A DNA stretch of 64,000 bases from positions 31,924-95,923 of the forward strand of contig JAFZUX010000024.1 of the NCBI GenBank assembly GCA_017618115.1, read 5' to 3'. The notes beneath the pieces were generated by a model. The model did not search any database, was not told the DNA's origin, and saw only the letters and a list, made by a program, of their open reading frames with translations. The position numbers and the translations under genes were made by a program. This DNA is from Bacteroidales bacterium (lineage in GTDB: Bacteria > Bacteroidota > Bacteroidia > Bacteroidales > UBA932). This document shows, piece by piece, positions 9,662 to 18,279 of this stretch; position 1 is the stretch's first letter, and each line of letters starts with the position of its first letter.

Positions 9662-10726
9662 ATGAGTATGAAAAGTAAAAAGATTGCTGCATCTGAACTG
9701 TTGCTGAACGCAGACGGTTCCATATATCATCTTAATTTGCGTCCGGAAGAACTTGCTGATACTGTGATTCTTGTGGGAGATCCTGGCAGAGTTTCCCTGG
9801 TTGCAAAACACATGACCGCTATTGAGTTTACAAAGCAGTCACGTGAGTTCGTATCCACTACAGGTATGTATAACGGCAAGAGAATCACCGTTTTGTCTAC
9901 CGGTATAGGTACAGACAACATTGATATTGTAATGAACGAGTTGGATGCAATTGCCAACATTGATTTCAATACCAGAGAGATTAAGAAGGAGAAGAGAAGT
10001 CTTACTCTGGTACGTATTGGAACCAGCGGTGCACTGCAGCCTGAGATTCCTCTGGGATCATACGTACTCAGCCACGTATCAATTGGTTGTGACGGTTTGG
10101 TTAACTGGTATGCTAACAGAGATTCCGTTACTGACAAGGAGATGGAGAACGCTCTGGTTAAACACATGAACTGGAATAAAAACCTTCCTCGTCCATATCT
10201 TATTAAGAACTCAGAGAAACTTATCAAACTCTTTGAAAAGAAGACAATAAAGGGTATGACAATCTCCGCTCCGGGTTTCTTTGGTCCTCAGGGAAGAGTG
10301 CTCCGTCTGCAGCTGGCTATGCCTGATATGAATGCAAAATTTGAGAGTTTCCGTTCAAAGGATTACAAGATTACAAACTATGAGATGGAGGGCAGTGCAA
10401 TTGCAGGTCTGGCAAAGGAGATGGGACATGAGGCTATTACCGTATGTTGCATCATAGCAAACCGTTACAGAAAAGAGGCCATTACAGACTACCATCCTTA
10501 CATAGAGAAACTCATACTCCTTGTACTGGATACTCTCACCGGTAAGAAGACTAGAAAGAAAGCAGAACAGAAGGCAGAACGCAGGGCTGCAAAGAAAGCG
10601 GAGAAAAAGGCTGCAAAGAAGGGAGTTAACAAGAAGGTTGGCGGAAAGAAGCCGGTAATAAAGAAGGTGGTTTCCAAAATGGCGGCAAAGAAGGTTGCCG
10701 TTAAGAAGGCTCTGAGACAGAAATAG
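9662..10726 (+). CDS. PNP_UDP-type nucleoside phosphorylase (uridine-phosphorylase-like) fused to a Lys/Ala-rich histone-H1-like tail
   Basis: The N-terminal roughly 290 aa carry LVGDPGRV, RIGTSGAL and NYEMEGSAIAG motifs of the phosphorylase superfamily. The last roughly 60 aa are KKTRKKAEQKAERRAAKKAEKKAAKKGVNKKVGGKKPVIKKVVSKMAAKKVAVKKALRQK. Confidence 0.85.
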   Translation: MSMKSKKIAASELLLNADGSIYHLNLRPEELADTVILVGDPGRVSLVAKHMTAIEFTKQSREFVSTTGMYNGKRITVLSTGIGTDNIDIVMNELDAIANIDFNTREIKKEKRSLTLVRIGTSGALQPEIPLGSYVLSHVSIGCDGLVNWYANRDSVTDKEMENALVKHMNWNKNLPRPYLIKNSEKLIKLFEKKTIKGMTISAPGFFGPQGRVLRLQLAMPDMNAKFESFRSKDYKITNYEMEGSAIAGLAKEMGHEAITVCCIIANRYRKEAITDYHPYIEKLILLVLDTLTGKKTRKKAEQKAERRAAKKAEKKAAKKGVNKKVGGKKPVIKKVVSKMAAKKVAVKKALRQK

Positions 10727-10747
10727 TTAGGATAAAACATCATAATT

Positions 10748-11920
10748 ATGTTAGACTTTAACAATCTGGAAGTTGCATTCTCATCCAAGAGCAAAGCGGA
10801 ACTGAAGAATGCATATCTGCTTTTCAATACCATAAAGAGACCCGGAATGGTCAAGTTCCTCAAAGGTGCCTCAAACCTTGCGCTGAAGATAAAGTTTCCT
10901 ATTGGGTGGGCTGTAAAACCTACTCTCTACAAGCAGTTTGTGGGAGGTGAAACCCTTCAGGACTGTGAGAAAACAATCTCTCATCTTAAACAGTTTAACG
11001 TTAAATCTACTTTGGATTTCTCCGCAGAGGGAGAGCAGACTCCTGAGGGCATTCAGTACACCTTTGAGGAGACTATGCGCTCCATAGATTTTGCAAAGGA
11101 CAATCCAAATCTTGCATACGCCGTTTTCAAACCTTCCACCATCACAACGGATGCACTGCTGAGCAAGGCCTCCGAGAGAAGAGCTGAACTCACTGAAGAT
11201 GAGAAGAAAGAGTTTGAAGCCTATCGTGAGAGATTTGCTGCTTTTTGTAAAAGGGCATACGATAATGACGTTCGTCTGATTATTGATGCAGAGGATTACT
11301 GCTTCCAGGATGCAATAGATGAGCAGACAGATGAAATGATGCGCCTTTATAACAAGAAGAGGGCTATCATTTTTGCAACTCTGCAGATGTACCGTCATGA
11401 CAGAATGCCTTATCTGGAAAGGATTTACAAGGATGCTTGCGAGAAGAATTACATTGCGGGAATCAAGTTTGTACGCGGTGCCTATATGGAGGAGGAAAGA
11501 GCCCGTGCCGCTGCTATGGGTTACCCGGATCCTATCTGCAAGGACAAGGCTGCCACGGATGCAAACTACAATACCGGAGTTAAGTTTGTAATGGATCATT
11601 TGGACCATTTTGAACTCTTTATGGGAACTCACAATGAGGAAAGTAACCACCTGCTGGCCAAGCTGATAGATGAGAAGGGCCTGGCTCACAACGATCCTCG
11701 TATCCACTTTGCCCAGTTGCTTGGAATGAGTGACAACATCTCCTTCAATCTGGCTCACGAGGGTTACAACGTTACCAAGTATGTGCCTTATGCAAAGGTT
11801 AAAGATGTAGTTCCTTACCTTGTAAGAAGGGCTGAGGAGAACACCTCTGTTGCAGGGCAGACGGGACGTGAACTCTCACTTCTGCAAAAGGAGATGAAGA
11901 GGCGCAAAGCTAATAAGTAA
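10748..11920 (+). CDS. Proline dehydrogenase (monofunctional PRODH family)
   Basis: 390 aa. The IDAEDYCFQDAID, LQMYRHD, KFVRGAYMEEE and YVPYAKVKDVVPYLVRRAEENTS motifs are typical of the PutA PRODH barrel. Confidence 0.85.
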   Translation: MLDFNNLEVAFSSKSKAELKNAYLLFNTIKRPGMVKFLKGASNLALKIKFPIGWAVKPTLYKQFVGGETLQDCEKTISHLKQFNVKSTLDFSAEGEQTPEGIQYTFEETMRSIDFAKDNPNLAYAVFKPSTITTDALLSKASERRAELTEDEKKEFEAYRERFAAFCKRAYDNDVRLIIDAEDYCFQDAIDEQTDEMMRLYNKKRAIIFATLQMYRHDRMPYLERIYKDACEKNYIAGIKFVRGAYMEEERARAAAMGYPDPICKDKAATDANYNTGVKFVMDHLDHFELFMGTHNEESNHLLAKLIDEKGLAHNDPRIHFAQLLGMSDNISFNLAHEGYNVTKYVPYAKVKDVVPYLVRRAEENTSVAGQTGRELSLLQKEMKRRKANK

Positions 11921-11952
11921 CTCAAAAATAAATAGTCTGCCTGGGGGATTTG

Positions 11953-12025
11953 AGCGGAAAACGGGACTCGAACCCGCGGCCCTCAGCTTGGGAAGCTGAT
12001 GCTCTACCAACTGAGCTATTTCCGC
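11953..12025 (-). tRNA. tRNA-Gly (anticodon CCC)
   Basis: The reverse strand reads GCGGAAA-TA-GCTC-AGTTGGTA-GAGC-A-TCAGC-TTCCCAA-GCTGA-GGGCC-GCGGG-TTCGAGT-CCCGT-TTTCCGC-T and folds as a cloverleaf. CCA is not encoded. A TAAATTTG -7 box lies at 12043-12050 (minus). Confidence 0.9.
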
Positions 12026-12066
12026 AGTTTGGTTTGGGAAGACAAATTTAGTAAATTTTCTCATAG

Positions 12067-13308
12067 ATGAGACTTAGTTGGTTTATTGCAAAGAGGTTGG
12101 GTAACGGAGAGGGCAAAGGGCTCGGTTCCGTGGGCAATATCATTGCAATAATCTCAGTTGCAATAAGTATCCTTATAATAATCATTGCGCTTGCCGTCTC
12201 CAAAGGATTCCGTTATGAACTAAAGGAGAAGATGACCGGCTTTATGGGAGATGTAACGGTTTCTCCTGCCGGAAGTTACGGCTATTCAGACTTGAGCGTT
12301 ATGAAGATGGGAGCTCTTCCAAACAGAGAGGAGATTCTCAATCTTCCATACGTTAAAAGCATTCAGGGAGTATCTCTCCGGCCCGCTATGATTAAGACCT
12401 CTGATCAGATTCAGGGAGTGGTGCTCAAGGGAGTGGATTCTTCCTTTGACTGGAACTTCCTTCAAAACAGTATGTTAGATGGAACGGTTCCATCCGTTGC
12501 AGAGGAGGATGCTCAGGTACTTATCTCCAAGAGAGTTGCAGATATGCTCTCCCTCTCTTTGAATGATAAGATAACCGTCTACTTTGTCTCATCTGAAGTA
12601 AGAGTAAGACGTCTTACAATATCCGGTATCTACTCCGCACAGTTGGAAAACTATGACAAACTCTATCTTATCTGCTCCAAGGCCTTGATTAACAAGATTA
12701 ACGGCTGGGAGGAGGAAGAGTGCAGCAACTATCAGATTCTCTTCAATGACCACTCTGAAAAACTCTTCAGAGAGAGACGTAATCAGATATCTCAACTGGT
12801 TTATGAAGGTATTCCGGATGATGGATATGCGGTAAGAGTAAGCGGAGTTTATGAAGATTTAGGACATCTTATAGATTGGCTTAAACTGCTGGATATGAAT
12901 GTTCTCATCATATTGATACTGATGATTGCGGTGGCAGGGTTCAATATGGTCTCCTGCGTTTTGATTATCCTCTTTGAGAACATCTCCTCAATTGGCGTTC
13001 TCAAATCACTAGGAATGAAGGATTCCGGAATAAAGAGAGTCTTTCTTGCAAAATGTTCTAAGACAGTGCTTTACGGACTTGTTTTAGGCAACGTTATTGG
13101 AATAGCATTCTGTCTTTTGCAGTCTCACTTTAAGTTCCTGCATCTTAATCCGGACAACTACTTCATCAGTTATGTTCCTATAGATATCTCCTGGTGGACG
13201 GTTGTTCTGGCAAACGTAATCTGCTTTGCGGCGCTTATGATTATACTGCTGATTCCGGCTCACTACATAAGCCGCATTCAGCCGTCAAAGACACTGAATA
13301 TTAAGTAA
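12067..13308 (+). CDS. FtsX-like ABC transporter permease (LolC/LolE family)
   Basis: 413 aa. The layout is one N-terminal TM helix, a large periplasmic domain and a C-terminal 3-TM FtsX domain (GVLKSLGMKDSGIKRVF). Confidence 0.85.
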   Translation: MRLSWFIAKRLGNGEGKGLGSVGNIIAIISVAISILIIIIALAVSKGFRYELKEKMTGFMGDVTVSPAGSYGYSDLSVMKMGALPNREEILNLPYVKSIQGVSLRPAMIKTSDQIQGVVLKGVDSSFDWNFLQNSMLDGTVPSVAEEDAQVLISKRVADMLSLSLNDKITVYFVSSEVRVRRLTISGIYSAQLENYDKLYLICSKALINKINGWEEEECSNYQILFNDHSEKLFRERRNQISQLVYEGIPDDGYAVRVSGVYEDLGHLIDWLKLLDMNVLIILILMIAVAGFNMVSCVLIILFENISSIGVLKSLGMKDSGIKRVFLAKCSKTVLYGLVLGNVIGIAFCLLQSHFKFLHLNPDNYFISYVPIDISWWTVVLANVICFAALMIILLIPAHYISRIQPSKTLNIK

Positions 13309-13327
13309 GTTACCTGTTGATGCGGGC

Positions 13328-14407
13328 TTATTCCGCTACGGTCTTCTTGTAGATTTCATACTGTGACATAACCTTTTTAGGGTAGTCAAGTACCTGCTGT
13401 GCTCCTTTGAAGGAGGAGACGTTTACTCCGTCTTTGGAGTAGCCGTCTATCATAAGAGGAATAACGGATGCTACCTCTTCCCAGATTAGAGGGTTCTTAC
13501 CCTCTGCCCTTGCAACCTTCTGGCACTGAAGGATTCTGCCCTCTCCGGCATTGTATGAGGCAAGGGTAAAGAGCAGGGCGTTATCCTCATCCATTCCCTG
13601 AGATCTGAAGGTCTTCTGAGTCTTAGCAAGGATGGAGCAGCCAGCCTTTATGTTCTGCTCCGGGTCATAGATATCCTCAACTCCCATAGAGTTGGCAATG
13701 GACTGCAGCACCTGCATAAGACCTACGGCTCCCATTCTGGAGACCACTCCGGTGTTCCAGCCGGACTCCTTGAAGATGAGAGCGCTAAGCAGTTTCCAAT
13801 CCCATCCTATCTGAGCGGCGTACTTTTTCACAAGGTTGTCGTAAGGAGAGATGGAGTATCTTGTCATAGGGAGAGAGAAGGTGTGGGTTGTCTCCAAACG
13901 GTGCAGTTTTGCATATAGCCTCTTGTAGTCCGGGGTTGGTTTAACGTGTGCTATCCAGAAGTTTACGTTGTCTATGACGGAGTCGTCATCATATCTCATC
14001 ACGCAGTGATAATCCTTCTCAATAGGTATACTCACCGTGAGATAATCTCTGAAAGGCTCCGGTATTGAGTCTGTTTTGGCGTTGAAGATAATGACGTCCA
14101 CCTGTCCGTTGGTAAGATCTTCCCAAACTTCAAGAGAAGATTTTTCCACACCAACTTCAACCTTGCAGTGGTTGTTCTCTGAGAATTGGCGGATAAGATC
14201 CGTGGTGAATTTAAGGGCGGGGTTACCCGGGTTCAACTTGTTGTCTATAAGGATGGTACAGTTGAGGGTATCTCCCGTAAGAGGTCTTATTACGTTGCTC
14301 TTGGAGTACTTTGGATGGAGCCCTGTAAAGGTGAAAAACAAAACCAGCAGAAGTGCCACCGCTGCAATGACACCTACACGCACTATTTTTGTCTTCCAAA
14401 ACTTCAC
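13328..14407 (-). CDS. Membrane-bound lytic murein transglycosylase (MltF-like: substrate-binding-like domain plus SLT domain)
   Basis: 359 aa with the SLT catalytic region LLSALIFKESGWNTGVVSRMGAVGLMQV...YNAGEGR. Confidence 0.85.
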   Translation of the reverse strand: MKFWKTKIVRVGVIAAVALLLVLFFTFTGLHPKYSKSNVIRPLTGDTLNCTILIDNKLNPGNPALKFTTDLIRQFSENNHCKVEVGVEKSSLEVWEDLTNGQVDVIIFNAKTDSIPEPFRDYLTVSIPIEKDYHCVMRYDDDSVIDNVNFWIAHVKPTPDYKRLYAKLHRLETTHTFSLPMTRYSISPYDNLVKKYAAQIGWDWKLLSALIFKESGWNTGVVSRMGAVGLMQVLQSIANSMGVEDIYDPEQNIKAGCSILAKTQKTFRSQGMDEDNALLFTLASYNAGEGRILQCQKVARAEGKNPLIWEEVASVIPLMIDGYSKDGVNVSSFKGAQQVLDYPKKVMSQYEIYKKTVAE

Positions 14408-14426
14408 GACAGTTTCTTGTTAGTCT

Positions 14427-16685
14427 CTATTTCAAATAGAATGGCCACCAAATGCCAATCTTAAGAGCTCTTTGAGGTCTGATATATCTGTAAGTGGAGT
14501 AGTACTCTCTGTTTGGCCAGCCCATCAGTATGTTCTCACCCTTTATAAATATGCAGGCTCTCTTCCACTGAAGGTTTACAAACACATCTACGTAAGGGTT
14601 GTTCCCCACCTTGTAACTCTCCTGGTTATAGAACATTCCCAATGCAGGGTCAAATGCCTGAGCGTAATACTTTGTGTTGTAGGTCATATCCGCTCCAATC
14701 TGCACGTTCAATATATCTTTCACCGCATAGAACTGCAGGTAGTACCTCAAGTTCAGTGCCAGTTTAGGCAGAGGTATAATCTCCTGCTTTGAGGAGAGTT
14801 GGAAGAGGACTCTGTTATCTAAGTGTAACGGTCCTATTGTCAGGTTCTTGGAGATATATCCGGTAAGGACGCTCATTGCAGTTCCGTTCTGGATAGGGGT
14901 GCAGAGAGAGTCCAGATAGATGTTCTTGTTCAAAAGGGAGTAACCAACTGAGGCCTCTAATCCCCAGTGAGGAATCTGAAGTAATCCCTCTATCTTGGTT
15001 GTCTGGGTGTTGGCAAAGTCATATTCCCAGATGTGGTGGTTGCTGTAGAGGTTGTTATAGAAGTAGTTAGGCCTGCGTGAAGAGGCGTGGAATTTTGCAG
15101 TGAGATGAACTCCCTCTTTAACTACCCAGGAGGAGAATCTCATTGAAGCATCCAAAGACCAGTTTCCCTTGTAGTAGCCAACCATATCTATCTTTCCTAA
15201 AGCATTCCAGGCAAAGTACTTACGGAATTTGCCTCCCGCTCCGAAGTATGCGTAAACGTTGTTGTACTTCTTGTTCTGATTTCCGGAGATAAAGTAATCC
15301 GGCTTAAAGCCGTAGATATTAACCAGTTGGTGGCCCACTCCTCCGCTGAGGTTGGAGACAACCGCATCTGCATTCCACGGTTGAACCTTTATGAAGAAGC
15401 GGTTTTCCAGGTTCATAACCCTTGTGGAATCGTATGTGCTTGTAGGGTTTATAAAGAACTGATTATGGTAGAGAGAACGTCCTACGGAGTCTGAAATGTT
15501 ATCAGTATATCCTCTGGAGAATACGGTGTACTCTCCGTGGTGACCAAAGTAGGTTACTGTTCCCTGGCTGGTCTTCAGTGAATCATGAATAACGTTTCCA
15601 AGGGAGTCTCTCTGCTTTGTCCATCTGATTGGAATACCGTATGAGTGGGTGATAAAGAAGGTGTTACGTCTTATGACGGAGTTGGCGTCATTAAGGTAAA
15701 CAGGTACAGTTCTGACGTCAATGGTGGTATCACTTATCATCTTCAGATCCGTAACTCCGCCGTTCTCCTCTCTCTTGAGTCTGGAGTAGAGATAACCTCC
15801 GTGAGCCACATAGTTTTTACCCAGGTAGTTACCGGTAAAGGCAAGAGTTCTGAAGTCTGTCTTCTCGTTCTGAAGCAATCCTCCGCCTCCGTTTCTCTGG
15901 TATAGGAATGAAAAGTTGAAGGCAGGTGTAAAGTTCTGAGTGTGAAGGAACTTTATGTTGTCCTCAGATTTCTGACGGTTAGCCAGAAGAGTTCCCGTAT
16001 AGGCCAACTCCGTGTAAGGAGTCTTGGTGTTGTAGAACGGAAGATTATCCTGAGAGTAAGAGTAGGTCTTGTAAGGGTTAAAGAAGGGGAATAGATCCTC
16101 GCTCTCTCTTTTAAAGTAGTTGAAAGGAAGAGCGGCACTTCCGCTTACTCCAAGATACTGTCCGTTGATATCTTCACGCTGGAAAGGAAGATCGTGGAAG
16201 CGGTAGTTGAATGTGGTATCTATCTTTGTAAGTGTCTGATTATTAAGGTATGTGTCATGCTCCCAGGAGAAGATTCTTGTAAAGACCACGCTGTCCGGGA
16301 AGACGTATGTATCCAAAACTCTTGGAGTGTGAGCTATTATGCTGTCTTGTCTCTTGCGGATGCTGTCTCTTCTCATACGTCTGAGTTCCTTAGGAGTATA
16401 GACCTTTATGTTGGCAATGGAATCCGCCTTGTAAAGGGAGTCTATAGCTGCAAGAACTCTCGGGTCCAATCCCATTTTTCTCAGGGAGTCCGGGCTTATG
16501 TTCAGAGCGGCAAGCGAATCAACCAATCTTTGGAAGGCGCTGTCCGTCACCACGGTATCTCTAATTGAGAGAGTGGTGCCGAGAACGCCCTTAGGTCTGC
16601 TCCAACTCTCCAAAAGAACTATAGAAGAGAGGGCAAACAGTAGCAGTGCCGTCTTTTTTAATCTGTATTTGAAGTTATGTGGCAT
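14427..16685 (-). CDS. Large outer-membrane beta-barrel protein (Bacteroidota putative-porin family)
   Basis: 752 aa with a signal peptide and aromatic-rich alternating beta-strand composition. The C-terminus is ...IGIWWPFYLK. Confidence 0.6.
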   Translation of the reverse strand: MPHNFKYRLKKTALLLFALSSIVLLESWSRPKGVLGTTLSIRDTVVTDSAFQRLVDSLAALNISPDSLRKMGLDPRVLAAIDSLYKADSIANIKVYTPKELRRMRRDSIRKRQDSIIAHTPRVLDTYVFPDSVVFTRIFSWEHDTYLNNQTLTKIDTTFNYRFHDLPFQREDINGQYLGVSGSAALPFNYFKRESEDLFPFFNPYKTYSYSQDNLPFYNTKTPYTELAYTGTLLANRQKSEDNIKFLHTQNFTPAFNFSFLYQRNGGGGLLQNEKTDFRTLAFTGNYLGKNYVAHGGYLYSRLKREENGGVTDLKMISDTTIDVRTVPVYLNDANSVIRRNTFFITHSYGIPIRWTKQRDSLGNVIHDSLKTSQGTVTYFGHHGEYTVFSRGYTDNISDSVGRSLYHNQFFINPTSTYDSTRVMNLENRFFIKVQPWNADAVVSNLSGGVGHQLVNIYGFKPDYFISGNQNKKYNNVYAYFGAGGKFRKYFAWNALGKIDMVGYYKGNWSLDASMRFSSWVVKEGVHLTAKFHASSRRPNYFYNNLYSNHHIWEYDFANTQTTKIEGLLQIPHWGLEASVGYSLLNKNIYLDSLCTPIQNGTAMSVLTGYISKNLTIGPLHLDNRVLFQLSSKQEIIPLPKLALNLRYYLQFYAVKDILNVQIGADMTYNTKYYAQAFDPALGMFYNQESYKVGNNPYVDVFVNLQWKRACIFIKGENILMGWPNREYYSTYRYIRPQRALKIGIWWPFYLK

Positions 16686-16687
16686 AA

Positions 16688-18202
16688 TTACTCTTGTCTG
16701 AATGATTCCTTTAGTTCCTCTATCTCTCGTATCAGATTGTTAATCAGCTTCATCTTAAGGTCATAGAGTTCGTCCGAGATATCCACCTTGTAAATGTGAG
16801 GGTTAATCAGACGTCTCTCCGTCTCGTTAAAGCAACTCAGATTCTTTAAGAAACGCTCTCTCTTCTTCTGAACCGGCTCATCTTCATAGCAGATTTTGCC
16901 ATCCTTCATTGTCTGAATCTGAAGCGGTTGGAAGGTGTAACTACCCTTGGCAAACTTCTTACGCTGAGTCTCGTCAAACTCGTTCTGGATGTGAAGTTCC
17001 TCCCCATTCTCAATCTTCTTGCTTGTGGCGTCTCCTCTGAGGCAGGTAACGTCAGCCTTGTATACGCCGTTCTGAATGATTCTGTAAGTGATTTGGAATC
17101 CGGGATTTATAAGCTTTACCTTATCCTCGGATCTCTTGAGGACAGGCTCGTTGTCTACCTGAACCAACTTGTAGACGTTGCCAAAGCAAGGGTTGTGTTT
17201 GCTGGTTGCAATAGCATCTCCCACTCCGTAGGAATCTATCATTGCACCCTGCTTTTCCAACTCTGCAATCAGATACTCGTCCAGTGAGTTGGTAGCAAAT
17301 ATCTTACACTTCTTAAAGCCAGCCTCGTCCAAAATCATGCGGCACTTGCGGGAGAGGTAGGCGAGGTCTCCGCTGTCCAGCCTTATACCGTAACCCTGTG
17401 GGTATGAATCATCTATACCGCACTCGCGATATGCTTTGATTGCATTTCTCAAGCCGCAGTTTATGGTATCGTATGTATCTATGAGGAGAATAAGAGGTTC
17501 TCCCATGTGTGTCTTGATGTAGTTTTTGAAGGCTGTAAACTCACCCTTTATGGAGCAGCCGAATGAGGTGACGTAACTGTGAGCCATGGTTCCGGAGGCC
17601 GGTGTGCCGAATATCTCCGTAGTAAGGACGTTGGAGGAGTTGGCGCAACCTGCTATGTATGCGGCCTTTGCGCCGTAGGTGGCTGCCCATGGACCGTGGG
17701 CGCGGCGGCTGCCGAACTCACTTACAGGCTTTTGCGTGCTTCTGCAGACTCTGCTGGCCTTGGTGGCAATAGCCATCTGATGGTTCATTATGCAGAGCAG
17801 CGGCGTCTCAAGTACCTGAGCCTCAATTATTGGGGCCTCAATTGTAATGACCGGTTCCCTTGGAAAAGCAATCTCTCCCTCTCTCATAGCGTAGACGTTA
17901 CCGGTAAATTTCATCTGTGATGCATACTCGCGGAAAGCCTTGTACTCCTCACCCGGAAGGAACTTCTCAAAGAACTCCGGAGATTTACCTCCCAGGTTGG
18001 CAATCATCTCCATTGCCTCTCTCACGCCGCTTACCACGGCCCAGTTGTTATTGTCCGGTGCCTTACGGTAGAAGAGGTTGAAATAGGCGGTTTTATCCTT
18101 CATTCCGCACTCCAAAAATGACTTTCCCATAGTGTATTGGTACTTGTCGGAGCAGTAGGAAACATCGCTCATTACCTTGCAGAGGTTATCGTTATTCTCC
18201 AT
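16688..18202 (-). CDS. pncB: Nicotinate phosphoribosyltransferase
   Basis: SDKYQYTMGKSF at the N-terminus, then FGSRRAHG and GTMAHSYV motifs. The track start at 18226 is TTG, so I prefer the ATG at 18202. Confidence 0.9.
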   Translation of the reverse strand: MENNDNLCKVMSDVSYCSDKYQYTMGKSFLECGMKDKTAYFNLFYRKAPDNNNWAVVSGVREAMEMIANLGGKSPEFFEKFLPGEEYKAFREYASQMKFTGNVYAMREGEIAFPREPVITIEAPIIEAQVLETPLLCIMNHQMAIATKASRVCRSTQKPVSEFGSRRAHGPWAATYGAKAAYIAGCANSSNVLTTEIFGTPASGTMAHSYVTSFGCSIKGEFTAFKNYIKTHMGEPLILLIDTYDTINCGLRNAIKAYRECGIDDSYPQGYGIRLDSGDLAYLSRKCRMILDEAGFKKCKIFATNSLDEYLIAELEKQGAMIDSYGVGDAIATSKHNPCFGNVYKLVQVDNEPVLKRSEDKVKLINPGFQITYRIIQNGVYKADVTCLRGDATSKKIENGEELHIQNEFDETQRKKFAKGSYTFQPLQIQTMKDGKICYEDEPVQKKRERFLKNLSCFNETERRLINPHIYKVDISDELYDLKMKLINNLIREIEELKESFRQE

Positions 18203-18279
18203 ATCAGAATAGTTATAAACATCCAAAGATACGTTTTTTTGGATATTATTTCCTAAATTTGTTAGACAGTTATACTCTT

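Noticed and set aside
10498-10863. 121-aa minus-strand ORF
   Set aside because: It is the mirror image of the Lys/Ala-rich tail coding region (hence Phe/Leu-rich low complexity) and spans an intergenic gap.
10871-11758. 295-aa minus-strand ORF
   Set aside because: It is entirely antisense to the well-supported proline dehydrogenase gene and has no family resemblance.
11876-12064. ORFs overlapping tRNA genes (11876-12064, 55453-55689, 62239-62478, 62315-62749)
   Set aside because: Each is explained by a clean tRNA cloverleaf plus terminator, or is antisense to the SDR gene.
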